Part shown: in pieces, positions 45,048 through 54,966 of the stretch
How the letters are laid out: each line of letters opens with the position of its first letter
Position numbering within the stretch: position 1 is the stretch's first letter
Sequence record: OQ031493.1
Reading direction: 5' to 3' (one strand)
Length of the DNA: 64,000 bases
Translations under genes and position numbers: made by a program
The notes under the pieces: model-generated
The model's input: only the letters and a program-made list of their open reading frames with translations
Told to the model about the DNA's origin: nothing
Databases searched by the model: none

Positions 45048-45428
45048 TTACTGCAAGTATTTGTTCCCCGCAGTATAATCACCATTGATCCAATTTTTGA
45101 TTACAACACTGATCCCTTCATTTTCTTTAACGGTAACCCCCAACTCAAGATCGATTGATTGATAAGCTACAGCCGCCAGTGTTAACCGAAGATAAACGGA
45201 TCCATCTTTTTCGATATCGTAGGATACTACGAACCCGTCTTGTAGATTTTGTAGCTGGAATGTATTAGCATGTTGTGGGTGGAGACGATCCATATTGTAC
45301 TCGACGACATCTAGTAGATATTGCCGAGCATCAGCAGCATTATCAAATCCGAGATCGCACAGACCGATCGGATAGCGAGCTTGCGTGCATGTAACTTTCA
45401 TAGATACTACACGATGTTGTTTGCACAT
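45048..45428 (-). CDS. hypothetical protein
   Basis: 126 aa, AGAGGA RBS. Confidence 0.75.
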   Translation of the reverse strand: MCKQHRVVSMKVTCTQARYPIGLCDLGFDNAADARQYLLDVVEYNMDRLHPQHANTFQLQNLQDGFVVSYDIEKDGSVYLRLTLAAVAYQSIDLELGVTVKENEGISVVIKNWINGDYTAGNKYLQ

Positions 45429-45453
45429 TATATTTTCCTCTTAGATGTCAAAA

Positions 45454-45476
45454 ACCCTCCCCGATCAGGGGAGGGT
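45454..45476 (-). terminator. intrinsic terminator
   Basis: accctcccc-gatca-ggggagggt with U-tract on the minus strand. Confidence 0.8.
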
Positions 45477-45569
45477 ATCTCATTGGTACTTCTTCAGCAA
45501 AACTGAAACTAAGATAAAAGAGCAATCGTAAAGGAACTACATAGAATAGTGTATTTCTTTTACTATTTT

Positions 45570-45983
45570 TTACACAACCTCTTTAGATGGGGGTTCTTTA
45601 TGAATCCAGTCTAAAGTTGTTGGTAAACTATTATCTGATCTGAAGGTACACACCGTCCGGAACCGAGAGTGATCAACTACAGATAATTGCCCGTTAATCG
45701 CAGCCTCATATTGCCTACACAACTTCACACACCTTTTCTCTAGATCAGTTGGTTCGTAACCTTCTTCTCTTGGTTCAGTGTATGGTCCATCCCAAAAGAA
45801 TATTAATCTAAGATCAATCCCAGATTTATACTCCGCTTGGTATGAATATTGATGAACATCAAAATCATCTAATTCTTCAACTAGATGTGATGTTATTGTT
45901 CTAGGGTGTTCATGAGTTAATTCACTGTATATATGTTTATTTCTAGGGTTTTGTAAATCAACTACGATAAGTTGACTAGTCAT
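45570..45983 (-). CDS. hypothetical protein
   Basis: Probable start MTSQL at 45983 avoids a long overlap. Confidence 0.7.
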   Translation of the reverse strand: MTSQLIVVDLQNPRNKHIYSELTHEHPRTITSHLVEELDDFDVHQYSYQAEYKSGIDLRLIFFWDGPYTEPREEGYEPTDLEKRCVKLCRQYEAAINGQLSVVDHSRFRTVCTFRSDNSLPTTLDWIHKEPPSKEVV

Positions 45984-45984
45984 T

Positions 45985-46638
45985 TTAACTTTTATCCAGA
46001 TGTCTATTACGAGTGCGTTCCACTGCTGTAGGTTCGACAGTGGCTCGCGGTAGATAAGTAATCTCCGGGAAAGTCTTATTAAGAGCATCTTCAATTAGCT
46101 CTTTAGCAATCTCTGCATCGATGTAATGGTTTAGAATAATACCACGATGATACAGGAAGAAGCTGTATTCATCATAACCATGGCGAAGACTTACTTTACC
46201 ACGATACCCACCATAGGTTAGAGTATCTTCGTTAATTTCATTCCGATAAATATCAAGTTGGATATTATTTTGAAGATGCATTTGAATAAAGTCATTACTA
46301 TCACCGCCGAATAGGGTTGGTCGTTTCCGACCAGTAACAACATCTTGGATGGAATCCATTAGTCGGTTAATGTCTGTTTCTAATCGTTGGATATCACATT
46401 GAGAATTCATTGCTTCATGGAAACGAGTTACAACTGCATTGAATTCTTCTTCAGTCCAACCACTGGTACGTTTTTCATAATCAACAATGATAATACCGAA
46501 CCAGGCATAACCGTTAGAATGTTTTACTTTAACACATAGATGAGGTACATTATCAGCACCTGACTGATGGTTAACAGTGTAATTATTATTACGGCTGATT
46601 ACTAGTTTGATAAAAGGTAGACTAATGATTGACGCCAT
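45985..46638 (-). CDS. hypothetical protein
   Basis: 217 aa, AAGGA RBS. Confidence 0.8.
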   Translation of the reverse strand: MASIISLPFIKLVISRNNNYTVNHQSGADNVPHLCVKVKHSNGYAWFGIIIVDYEKRTSGWTEEEFNAVVTRFHEAMNSQCDIQRLETDINRLMDSIQDVVTGRKRPTLFGGDSNDFIQMHLQNNIQLDIYRNEINEDTLTYGGYRGKVSLRHGYDEYSFFLYHRGIILNHYIDAEIAKELIEDALNKTFPEITYLPRATVEPTAVERTRNRHLDKS

Positions 46639-46786
46639 GGAAATATTCCTTTTGTATTTTTTAAATTAAAGTAGGAGTTATTATTGAGTTTCAACTCAAT
46701 ACATCAATAACTCCAGTATGTTTTCAAAATTAAATACATGTATTTACAGTTACATTGTAACCAGTTAGTTTTGCCAACAATACAAA

Positions 46787-46975
46787 TTAGCGAACCTGTT
46801 CGATTTTTTCAGAAACAATGAAAATATGTGCAATACGATCCTCATCAACATACCGATATCGAAATGAGGTATAACTAGATGACACATCCGTATCGTTTAA
46901 ATAGGTGATATTAAAATCATCTACTTCCCTACCATTAGCAGCCGCAACGGTATTTAGAATGTTGAGTAGACTCAT
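46787..46975 (-). CDS. small hypothetical protein
   Basis: 62 aa, AAGGA RBS. Confidence 0.6.
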   Translation of the reverse strand: MSLLNILNTVAAANGREVDDFNITYLNDTDVSSSYTSFRYRYVDEDRIAHIFIVSEKIEQVR

Positions 46976-46998
46976 TTTACAGATTCCTTTTTAGTATA

Positions 46999-48525
46999 TT
47001 AATATTTCAATAGACTATTGATAAAAGCATTAGGGTCATAACGGTTATTTGAAAAAGCCGCCATTACATCACACCCTGGCTGATCTTTAAATCTGATATC
47101 TTCAGGAATATCGAAGTCAGGGAACATTAGTTTAATATACTCCCTAACTTCTTGATCTCGTAGATATGGAATCTCCACCATGTAATCAACGCGACCTTTC
47201 CTTAGAAGTGCTTTATCAATATTCTCAGGATGGTTTGTAGTTAGAATGGTCATAGTCTCATCTAGTGGAACAATGCCATCTAGCCCATTTAATAGAGCTG
47301 ACAAAGTTAATCCGCTAGCTGGTTGTTCATACGTGATTCCATTCTTCATGCACTTCTTTAATTTCCACCATCGGCGAATTGTGGTAAATAATGGATCTTT
47401 TTCATCGGCCCATTTTGAAACACCCAGTTCAGCCATAGCATAAGCACTTATCCCAAAACCTTGATCATCGCTATTTTCATCAAAGATATAGATGGTGTCA
47501 TTAAACCCAACTACAGAGTATCCTTCATAGTCATCTTTAAGATCAACCCATGCAGACGGATATTTTTCAATTAAATCAATAAAAGAATATTTCCTCTCTA
47601 ATTCCTTTATCTCTTTATCTAGTTTTACAGGATCATTTAAAACACGATCTTTAACTGCCGGGGTATCATCGAAATCTTCAATTAGAAGAATATTACCTTT
47701 AGGTAGTGTAGTAAATGCCCGCCTAAGACTATCATTGGTCATAGAGGCTAATGACAGTGCACTAACATTTTTATTAAAATGTGAGGCAATCGCTTTACTG
47801 ATTGAGGTTTTACCAGTACCAGGAGGACCTGTTAGAACACAAGTGAATTTATAGGGTAGTCCACGATCATCGTACCATTTCCGATCAGAATAGAATTCTT
47901 CAATCTTATTAAGGAATTCTTCTTTGATCTCTTTACGCAAAATCACCGTGTTGATATCGCGTTTAGTAACTTCAATCTCATTGCCCCAACGGTTACCATC
48001 CCAATGTGAAATAGTCAGACCCCTTTCATTTGGGCGCCAATGGTAAGCATCTACTAAATCAATAATTAGTTTACTACTCCTAGATAATCCACGGATAGTA
48101 ATATCCATTTGATCTCGACTGGCATTTTGACTATCCCGGCGTGCTTTTACAAACCAGAATAACCTACCTTTAAACAGAAAGAAATGTAAGCCAAAACCAA
48201 CACCAATTTTCTGTTTAGTTGCACTATAACTTTGCTCATCAACATTAGTTGAAAAACGTCGATTAAATCCAGCTAATGGCTGCTTAATATACCATTCCAT
48301 GAAACAATCAAAGTTCTTCTCGTTCAGCCCATTACCCATGTTGGTAATATGTAGACTAACTGTAAACTGATTTAATGCGAACCTAGCTAGTTTACTTGGT
48401 AAGCCTCTTAGAGTGGTCCAGAATAAACCACCAATTGCCATTCCGATAGCTCCACCCATAACCATATTCTTCTGAGAGATATCGATGAACATGGCGTAAT
48501 ATTGCAATAAGGTTTCTATAATCAT
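46999..48525 (-). CDS. BCS1-like membrane-anchored AAA+ ATPase
   Basis: N-terminal TM, FLFKGRLFWF BCS1_N-like segment, GPPGTGKTS, LLIEDFD, LSALLNGLDG, TTNHPENIDKALLRKGRVD. Confidence 0.85.
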   Translation of the reverse strand: MIIETLLQYYAMFIDISQKNMVMGGAIGMAIGGLFWTTLRGLPSKLARFALNQFTVSLHITNMGNGLNEKNFDCFMEWYIKQPLAGFNRRFSTNVDEQSYSATKQKIGVGFGLHFFLFKGRLFWFVKARRDSQNASRDQMDITIRGLSRSSKLIIDLVDAYHWRPNERGLTISHWDGNRWGNEIEVTKRDINTVILRKEIKEEFLNKIEEFYSDRKWYDDRGLPYKFTCVLTGPPGTGKTSISKAIASHFNKNVSALSLASMTNDSLRRAFTTLPKGNILLIEDFDDTPAVKDRVLNDPVKLDKEIKELERKYSFIDLIEKYPSAWVDLKDDYEGYSVVGFNDTIYIFDENSDDQGFGISAYAMAELGVSKWADEKDPLFTTIRRWWKLKKCMKNGITYEQPASGLTLSALLNGLDGIVPLDETMTILTTNHPENIDKALLRKGRVDYMVEIPYLRDQEVREYIKLMFPDFDIPEDIRFKDQPGCDVMAAFSNNRYDPNAFINSLLKY

Positions 48526-49307
48526 ACTAGCATCCCTCTGGATAGCTTAGGAAAATATTGTCCACAGATCATGTATTCACGTTCTAGAAAATCTAGAGTA
48601 TGACTTTCAAATATTTCACCTACATCTTTACCATAGATTTCCGTATACCCATTTTTGAATACGGCCATTACATAAACATCAGACATAGTCATGCCGTAGT
48701 TATAAATTTGATTGTCTCTGTATTTTGGATGAAATAGGTCATATAAAAAACGAGTCATTGAACTATTGGCAACAGTTGTCACCCCTTTCTGCTTTAAGGC
48801 ATAACGTACTTGTTTAACCACATAGTTAACTTTAGAGCGCTCGCCAAATACCGTCAGTTTATCTACATTGCAATTACGATATCCCATAACATCAGGATTA
48901 GCTATCACGGTGTGTTTTGGAACACGTACATCAAAGATAATGCCATTAGGGGATAGAATAATCTTTTCATGGTTAAATAGAACATGAAATAAATGTCGTT
49001 CTGGTTTAGTGATTTTGATACTTAACCCAATCACTCCACTAATCTTTCTTTCTAGATCTTCTAGTGACTGCATCACCATGTGATATTGATTGAAGAAAGC
49101 ATTGTTCTTATATTGATCTAATTCAAAGTATTTCCAACTTCCACGAAAATGAATAGCATGGCTTTTGGTATAACCTTTAGTTAATCGACACTTGAGTTTG
49201 TCAAACCAGCTTTCAAGATAACTCTCGACTGTAAAACCAAGTGGGTTATTATTAATAAGTTTATTGGAATATGATAAGCTAAATCTGTACATAGTTCGAC
49301 GATGCAT
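48522..49307 (-). CDS. hypothetical protein, paralog of 49364-50236
   Basis: Probable start MHRRT; ATGA overlap with the ATPase gene. Confidence 0.75.
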   Translation of the reverse strand: MHRRTMYRFSLSYSNKLINNNPLGFTVESYLESWFDKLKCRLTKGYTKSHAIHFRGSWKYFELDQYKNNAFFNQYHMVMQSLEDLERKISGVIGLSIKITKPERHLFHVLFNHEKIILSPNGIIFDVRVPKHTVIANPDVMGYRNCNVDKLTVFGERSKVNYVVKQVRYALKQKGVTTVANSSMTRFLYDLFHPKYRDNQIYNYGMTMSDVYVMAVFKNGYTEIYGKDVGEIFESHTLDFLEREYMICGQYFPKLSRGMLV

Positions 49308-49334
49308 TTTATATTCCTGCCAAATAAAGAAAAA

Positions 49335-49360
49335 ATAAAGGGCTCCGAAGAGCCCTTTAT
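49335..49360. terminator. terminator-like hairpin
   Basis: ataaagggctc-cgaa-gagccctttat. Confidence 0.8.
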
Positions 49361-49363
49361 GTA

Positions 49364-50236
49364 TTAGATTTTTACAGACCAACTTTGCTCGAATTCCTGA
49401 TATAGGAAATTGTCTGACGCATTATCCCAATTTTCTCGATCAGTTACACCATAATAATGGAATTCTAGTTCAGTAGGTCCACCAACAAAACCATTCTTAG
49501 CATAGCTATAAACTTTGCCATTGGTTAGCTTAATCAGTGTATCCACATAGAAACTATTACGGTTCCATATTTCATTGTGGATGTACTTAAATACCACACT
49601 GTGGATATACTTAAATTGCGCACTTGGTTTTCCGAGTACACTCCAATAGAATTTACGGATACCTATTTCGGTCTTGAAATTAAACTCTCCGTTGCGAATG
49701 TTGTTAGAAACAATACGTGCCAGTTTATTAACCCGATTTTCTTCACCGATTAGATAGATCCCGGAAACACTACATCCATCTCCTATTGATCCATTATTAA
49801 CTAGTGGATCAACACCATATTCATCAGTGAAAATGGTTTTGATAACCTCTTTACCTTCTCGACGCACTAACATATTCAGGTGACCATCTTCGATATATGA
49901 CATATGGCTAGGCTGAATATATTCACTTGTATCGACGATAACATCATTCGCCATTACATTAAACTGTAGATGGTTTACCAGATCACTAATACCTTTAAAA
50001 CGAATGGCTTGGTTCGCTGTATTTAGATCGACATACACCACGACATCAATAATGCCTTGTTTTAGTGATTTGTCATCTTTGTCAGTAGTTGTATCAATTT
50101 TTACGTAATTTTGATATAGTTCACTAAAACAAGATATGATGTCATCATGTAGTTTAATTACATCAGATCCATTTCGTTCAAGCGCTTTAAGCGATACGTT
50201 AAAACCAATACGAATTTTATTAGAACGACGTGCCAT
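49364..50236 (-). CDS. hypothetical protein, paralog of 48522-49307
   Basis: 290 aa; shared GE..VN and N.I.N...D...NG...Y.K patterns. Confidence 0.8.
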   Translation of the reverse strand: MARRSNKIRIGFNVSLKALERNGSDVIKLHDDIISCFSELYQNYVKIDTTTDKDDKSLKQGIIDVVVYVDLNTANQAIRFKGISDLVNHLQFNVMANDVIVDTSEYIQPSHMSYIEDGHLNMLVRREGKEVIKTIFTDEYGVDPLVNNGSIGDGCSVSGIYLIGEENRVNKLARIVSNNIRNGEFNFKTEIGIRKFYWSVLGKPSAQFKYIHSVVFKYIHNEIWNRNSFYVDTLIKLTNGKVYSYAKNGFVGGPTELEFHYYGVTDRENWDNASDNFLYQEFEQSWSVKI

Positions 50237-50277
50237 GGTTATATCACCTATGTTAAATTAATGAATTATTTATTCAA

Positions 50278-50640
50278 TTACCGTACTACATCTGTGATTA
50301 GAATAAGTTCACCATCACTATTGATAACACTATAGCTTTTTACAATTTCGATGCGCTTACTAATAATCTTATTCTCTAGATCTACTTTTACGATATTAAC
50401 ACGAATTACCTTATTCGATTGATCATGCATTTCTTTAAAAATGCATTCGATATTTTTACCAATGACAGCTTTTAATTTTTCAATGCTGTCAATGGATGAA
50501 TATTTAAAACTATATGCTTCTGCCAGGGTTTTTGCATTACCCACAACCGTAGTTAGGGTACCCCAATAATCATAAACATACAACGCAGTATCACTATTGG
50601 GATTATCGATAATTTCAATTATAAAATCCACTTGTATCAC
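50278..50640 (-). CDS. hypothetical protein
   Basis: 120 aa, AGGAG RBS with GTG start. Confidence 0.7.
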   Translation of the reverse strand: MIQVDFIIEIIDNPNSDTALYVYDYWGTLTTVVGNAKTLAEAYSFKYSSIDSIEKLKAVIGKNIECIFKEMHDQSNKVIRVNIVKVDLENKIISKRIEIVKSYSVINSDGELILITDVVR

Positions 50641-50667
50641 TCCTATTAGTTTATTGATAGTACACTT

Positions 50668-50675
50668 GTAATATA
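50668..50675 (-). promoter_or_regulatory. early promoter core TATATTAC
   Basis: Intergenic, ~28 nt upstream of ORF 50640, TTTAA upstream. Confidence 0.6.
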
Positions 50676-50695
50676 GATCTTAAATAAATTATGAT

Positions 50696-51160
50696 CTAAC
50701 CATTTAAAATAGATAAAGCCTCTATATGCCAATGGTGTATTAGTTCTTCTTTACTAATAATATTATTGAAGTAGTTTAACCGATGTGATACCATTAATTT
50801 AGAATGCATATCGACTTCACTACTTACCTTAATCACCCCAGTCTCTAATAATTGCAGAGAGCCAACATACGCAAATAAAGTTGGTTTTAAATACCAGTGT
50901 TCCCTATATTGTTTTTGATCAGGTACATTTCCTATAATGTAGTCAGTAGAATTACTTCGGTATGCGTAAATAGTTGATTTAGAACCAAGTAAATTAAGAT
51001 CGATATCATAACTCCCGCTTTTAGCTGCAATACATTCAATAACTGATGGGGCCACACATATACGGTTGGTTACACTGTCTTCGCCATCAGCTCTATTACT
51101 TGGAATATATGGCCTTAATAAAACATAATCCCCAAGGTATACTGTCGATATGTGATACAT
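50696..51160 (-). CDS. ADP-ribosyltransferase-fold candidate 1
   Basis: YHIS, L.P, RICVAPS, IYAY, REHW pattern. Confidence 0.45.
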   Translation of the reverse strand: MYHISTVYLGDYVLLRPYIPSNRADGEDSVTNRICVAPSVIECIAAKSGSYDIDLNLLGSKSTIYAYRSNSTDYIIGNVPDQKQYREHWYLKPTLFAYVGSLQLLETGVIKVSSEVDMHSKLMVSHRLNYFNNIISKEELIHHWHIEALSILNG

Positions 51161-51175
51161 AATTAACCTATTTAA

Positions 51176-51703
51176 TTAAAACAGATAACGCTCTGTTACT
51201 GAACGATATTGTGACATGATGTTTAATGGATCAACATCCACTGGTGCTTTAGTGACAGTTAAGCGAGCACCTTTTAAAAATTCACCAATATCTAATTTCC
51301 TTACAGTAACATCATGGATAGTGTTTTTCGTAATCCACTCAGTATCAATGCTATTGTGAGGATTATTATTCTTAATCCATTTGTCAGAGTCCCTAAATGG
51401 AATGGTATAAACATACACAACCATTTTTAAAATATCACTTTTATCGATATTATTTTGACAATAGATTGTAATATCCCTATCAACAGTAGCATATCTATCA
51501 CTATCAAATAACTTTTCGATAGCGCTACCAATACCTAAATAAGATGCATCTTTTTCAGATGACGTTGCATATAGGTATTGGTTAGACTCAATACCATCCC
51601 ACATAACAAGTTCACCAGATCTTTTAAATCCTGGCATTAATTCGTCTTGTTTATACAGAGAACCATGGTAAAGTAATTCTGGTTTATTCATAATAAAATC
51701 CAC
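51176..51703 (-). CDS. ADP-ribosyltransferase-fold candidate 2 (H-Y-E type, Arr/PARP-like)
   Basis: LYHGS, LMPG, YLYATS..K.A, VYVY, NPHN...TEWI. Confidence 0.55.
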   Translation of the reverse strand: MDFIMNKPELLYHGSLYKQDELMPGFKRSGELVMWDGIESNQYLYATSSEKDASYLGIGSAIEKLFDSDRYATVDRDITIYCQNNIDKSDILKMVVYVYTIPFRDSDKWIKNNNPHNSIDTEWITKNTIHDVTVRKLDIGEFLKGARLTVTKAPVDVDPLNIMSQYRSVTERYLF

Positions 51704-51737
51704 TGTGCTTTATAAGGGTTATGGTTATCAATTAACT

Positions 51738-52094
51738 TCAAGGTAGTAGTGTGGCAGTATTGAAGTGATTGGTTACTGCTTCGATCAGCATTTGCTCGAT
51801 GTTGATTTTGTAGTATTCTGGTTCTTCGTTCAATTCCCAAATAATAGTCGCACGTAATAGTGCAGGTGCTATGAATCTAACTACCTTACCATGTGTGTCA
51901 AACTCTACATTGAACATTGCATATTGTTCAGTAGTATGATTTTTATAGAAAATGAAATTACCAGCGTAACTGCGAACCTCTATTTCACCATGAATACTGG
52001 AGTAGGTTTCCTGGTGGAATACTTTACCTTTAAGGCGTGTATTCTCTTCAATGATATTTACCAATTCTTTCAATTTGTCTTTATCTAGTTGCAT
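51738..52094 (-). CDS. hypothetical protein
   Basis: 118 aa, AGGA RBS. Confidence 0.75.
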   Translation of the reverse strand: MQLDKDKLKELVNIIEENTRLKGKVFHQETYSSIHGEIEVRSYAGNFIFYKNHTTEQYAMFNVEFDTHGKVVRFIAPALLRATIIWELNEEPEYYKINIEQMLIEAVTNHFNTATLLP

Positions 52095-52134
52095 TTGTAG
52101 GTTCCTATTAATAAATGTATACGATGGATATCTT

Positions 52135-52500
52135 TTACGATTTCCGGTGCTTATCCATATCTAGTTTTATATCAGTATATATCTTGAATCTATTAGATAG
52201 GCTATCCATATCTACGCGCAATGCCCGAATATGCATATCAGTATCTTTTGGTTTACCTTCAGACTCCCATACGGCCTTTGCGATATCAAATGCTACATTG
52301 TTCAAATAGTATTCGACTTCATGTTCATCAAGCAAAAGAGCATCATGGAAACCAATACGTGATAGAATGGCGTAATCACGCTGATTAACATCTCTCCAAT
52401 CTTTACGCACTAAGTAACTTTTACCAATTCCATCTTTTTTACAACTTTTACTAATAATTTCTATAATGAACTTATCATGCCATTTATAATCCATAATCAT
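52135..52500 (-). CDS. hypothetical protein
   Basis: 121 aa, AAGGAG RBS. Confidence 0.75.
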   Translation of the reverse strand: MIMDYKWHDKFIIEIISKSCKKDGIGKSYLVRKDWRDVNQRDYAILSRIGFHDALLLDEHEVEYYLNNVAFDIAKAVWESEGKPKDTDMHIRALRVDMDSLSNRFKIYTDIKLDMDKHRKS

Positions 52501-52507
52501 TACTCCT

Positions 52508-53020
52508 TTATTTAATCAGCTTCATTACTAGAGGAACAGATAGACTTATGCCATTAGCCATTTTAGCTAGAATATGATAGACATCGTCTGCTTCTTGATT
52601 ATTGGTACAAGGTATAGAAATGGCATCACCATAGTAAGGACTGTAGTTAATACGGTTGCCATATACACCACTTACAAAACTATAATCTAATCCATCCGTA
52701 GTGGTCATAATAACTACAACATGATCATCCCCAACCATACCGGATTCCAGATAGTCACATAGTTCCAGTTTTTGTTGCACACCTCGTTGACAGATCCATA
52801 CTTCACGGTATTGATGATGAGGATATGGATTACATGCTACATCATTTTCACTAACGAAGTACATAGTCCCCCAGTTGTAAGACTGGAATTGGGTTGTTTG
52901 TTTGTGGGCTTCCCATACCTCTTCCATACAAAAGGTATGTTTGTTAACCCATAGACCATCGTTATTAAGACTATCAACGATCCCATCACGGACACGTACT
53001 ACACGGAGTGTTTTAGTCAT
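52508..53020 (-). CDS. hypothetical protein
   Basis: 170 aa, overlaps the upstream stop. Confidence 0.75.
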   Translation of the reverse strand: MTKTLRVVRVRDGIVDSLNNDGLWVNKHTFCMEEVWEAHKQTTQFQSYNWGTMYFVSENDVACNPYPHHQYREVWICQRGVQQKLELCDYLESGMVGDDHVVVIMTTTDGLDYSFVSGVYGNRINYSPYYGDAISIPCTNNQEADDVYHILAKMANGISLSVPLVMKLIK

Positions 53021-53453
53021 CTACGTAACCCTCATCAGATACATAAGTACGTTCAGGGCTGAACACATATTTGATGTTATTAATTACAGCTGTGATATAA
53101 ACCTGATATTCTTTTGAAATAGATTCCATCAGTTCAATAGATACGGAATTTGAACTCTGAATAAGTTTATTTACTTTCTTTAGTTCATCAAATTCTAACC
53201 GACCGTAGATTACACCAACATCTCTGAAACTGATAACTGGATAGTGTTTCCAAATATAACAATTCAGTTTACCAAGATGAATTACTTGAATTGTTTCATC
53301 GCACCATTGTTTCTTTTTCTTATTGTAGTATTCAACACGACGTTCGATGAAGACGCGAGTACCAGAAACAGAGGTGTATGCATTCAGTTCATAACCATAC
53401 TTATGGTCAACGTTATTTGGGTCTTGGCGCCATTTTGGGATGAACGCTTTCAT
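53013..53453 (-). CDS. hypothetical protein
   Basis: 146 aa, AAGGA RBS. Confidence 0.75.
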   Translation of the reverse strand: MKAFIPKWRQDPNNVDHKYGYELNAYTSVSGTRVFIERRVEYYNKKKKQWCDETIQVIHLGKLNCYIWKHYPVISFRDVGVIYGRLEFDELKKVNKLIQSSNSVSIELMESISKEYQVYITAVINNIKYVFSPERTYVSDEGYVDD

Positions 53454-53480
53454 TTGTATTTTCCTTTTTACGAAATAGAA

Positions 53481-53498
53481 GCCCTCCCGAAGGAGGGC
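53481..53498 (-). terminator. intrinsic terminator
   Basis: gccctcc-cgaa-ggagggc. Confidence 0.75.
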
Positions 53499-53511
53499 AA
53501 TTATACCATTA

Positions 53512-53811
53512 TTAAATTACGAGTCTATATACTTCTTTTAATTTCTCACCAGGGGTAGCTAGATAATCGACATTATATTTAATAGCAATTACACCCACAA
53601 GTTCTTTTCTCAGTAGTAGTTCTACCTGATCGCATAATTTATCGATAGCTTCATCTTCTACATCCTCGTATAATGGATATTGACTATAAATATTATCAGG
53701 TGTAAGTACAGACAGTTTCAATTCCCCATCTTTACCAATGACTGGGTGATATGTCTGTTTAAGACCTTTACAATGATAGTGATAGGTAATGCGCTGTTGT
53801 TTAGTGGTCAT
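53512..53811 (-). CDS. hypothetical protein
   Basis: 99 aa. Confidence 0.7.
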   Translation of the reverse strand: MTTKQQRITYHYHCKGLKQTYHPVIGKDGELKLSVLTPDNIYSQYPLYEDVEDEAIDKLCDQVELLLRKELVGVIAIKYNVDYLATPGEKLKEVYRLVI

Positions 53812-53822
53812 GTAAAGATACC

Positions 53823-54344
53823 TTAAATAAACCGTTGGGTAGTTCCGTCTTTAAAGACAGTTAGTTGATTAACATCTTTCAATGAATTATCTGCAATATT
53901 CTTAGCCAATAACAATAGATCATCGTGATATGTTTTAATGAGAACTTTAAGCCTCTCCCTTTGTTTATATCGGAAACCTTTATTAATCACAGTAACTCCA
54001 TCTGGATTATTTTTATAATTCAGTACAGTGATTGGTGTATTCGGTACAAAGACGGCTAGTTCGTCATCGAATACAATGTAAACCATCACTTTATAATTAT
54101 TAACCGATTCTTGGAATTGTTGTGTGATTACATTATAGTCTTTTGTGCGATGGCTAAGAAACAGCTCACTATTAGCTTGGCAGAAACTATGTCGCGCTTC
54201 TTTATCAGCACTCATAACAGCAATACCACGGATAATGAATTTATTATCTAAGGTATATTTTCTTTGAGACATCGCATAGTCGACTACATCAACATCGCCA
54301 CCAAATAGCACGGCATTTTCACCATATCCACAAATAAGAGCCAT
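53823..54344 (-). CDS. hypothetical protein
   Basis: 173 aa. Confidence 0.75.
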   Translation of the reverse strand: MALICGYGENAVLFGGDVDVVDYAMSQRKYTLDNKFIIRGIAVMSADKEARHSFCQANSELFLSHRTKDYNVITQQFQESVNNYKVMVYIVFDDELAVFVPNTPITVLNYKNNPDGVTVINKGFRYKQRERLKVLIKTYHDDLLLLAKNIADNSLKDVNQLTVFKDGTTQRFI

Positions 54345-54358
54345 TTATAATTACCTAT

Positions 54359-54718
54359 TTAAAAATTATATTCAATAAATTGAAGAGTGAATAGTTCACT
54401 ACATTCCCATGTACGACTTGCTAATTTATATTTACCTTTAACAGGTAAGTCAAAATAACGTAATGCTTTTTCTACTGAACCAGCCTCATGATTAACCAAT
54501 AGAACATCCCTAGCCTTCAGAATATTTGAACAATTTACAAGTTCATAATCATCTCGCTTAGGTGTCAACATAGCTACATTAGTGCCTGGTTTTCTAGCAT
54601 ACCAGAGCACCTCATGGCCCTCTGGATTAATAATAGAGATATATAGCTGACGTTCAGCGGGCAACCACAAGTTACGTGGATCATACTCTCCATTAACATC
54701 AAAGAATTTAAATATCAT
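54359..54718 (-). CDS. hypothetical protein
   Basis: 119 aa, ATGA overlap. Confidence 0.75.
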   Translation of the reverse strand: MIFKFFDVNGEYDPRNLWLPAERQLYISIINPEGHEVLWYARKPGTNVAMLTPKRDDYELVNCSNILKARDVLLVNHEAGSVEKALRYFDLPVKGKYKLASRTWECSELFTLQFIEYNF

Positions 54719-54954
54719 AGAGTTGGAACCGGTTTTGATGGATCAGCAATTAGTGCAGATTCGTCTACATAAACCATTGCAAAGTTTTCACCTTCTTTAC
54801 GAATACCAGTAGAAGGTGTTTTCGATGGATCATAAACGATAATTTGGCACTGCTGTCCAGCTGTTAAATAAGTTGGGCCAGTTAATGCATTGGGTTTTGG
54901 ATGAGGAATATCAATTTTAGTAATACAATATTGACCAGTACGAAACTCACGCAT
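54715..54954 (-). CDS. small SH3-like beta-barrel protein
   Basis: FRTGQYCITKIDI...AGQQCQII pattern shared with 56817 and 57038. Confidence 0.6.
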   Translation of the reverse strand: MREFRTGQYCITKIDIPHPKPNALTGPTYLTAGQQCQIIVYDPSKTPSTGIRKEGENFAMVYVDESALIADPSKPVPTL

Positions 54955-54966
54955 TATATTAACCTC

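Noticed and set aside
44891-45085. 64-aa minus ORF
   Set aside because: Runs through a terminator and the structured element; no RBS; better explained as non-coding
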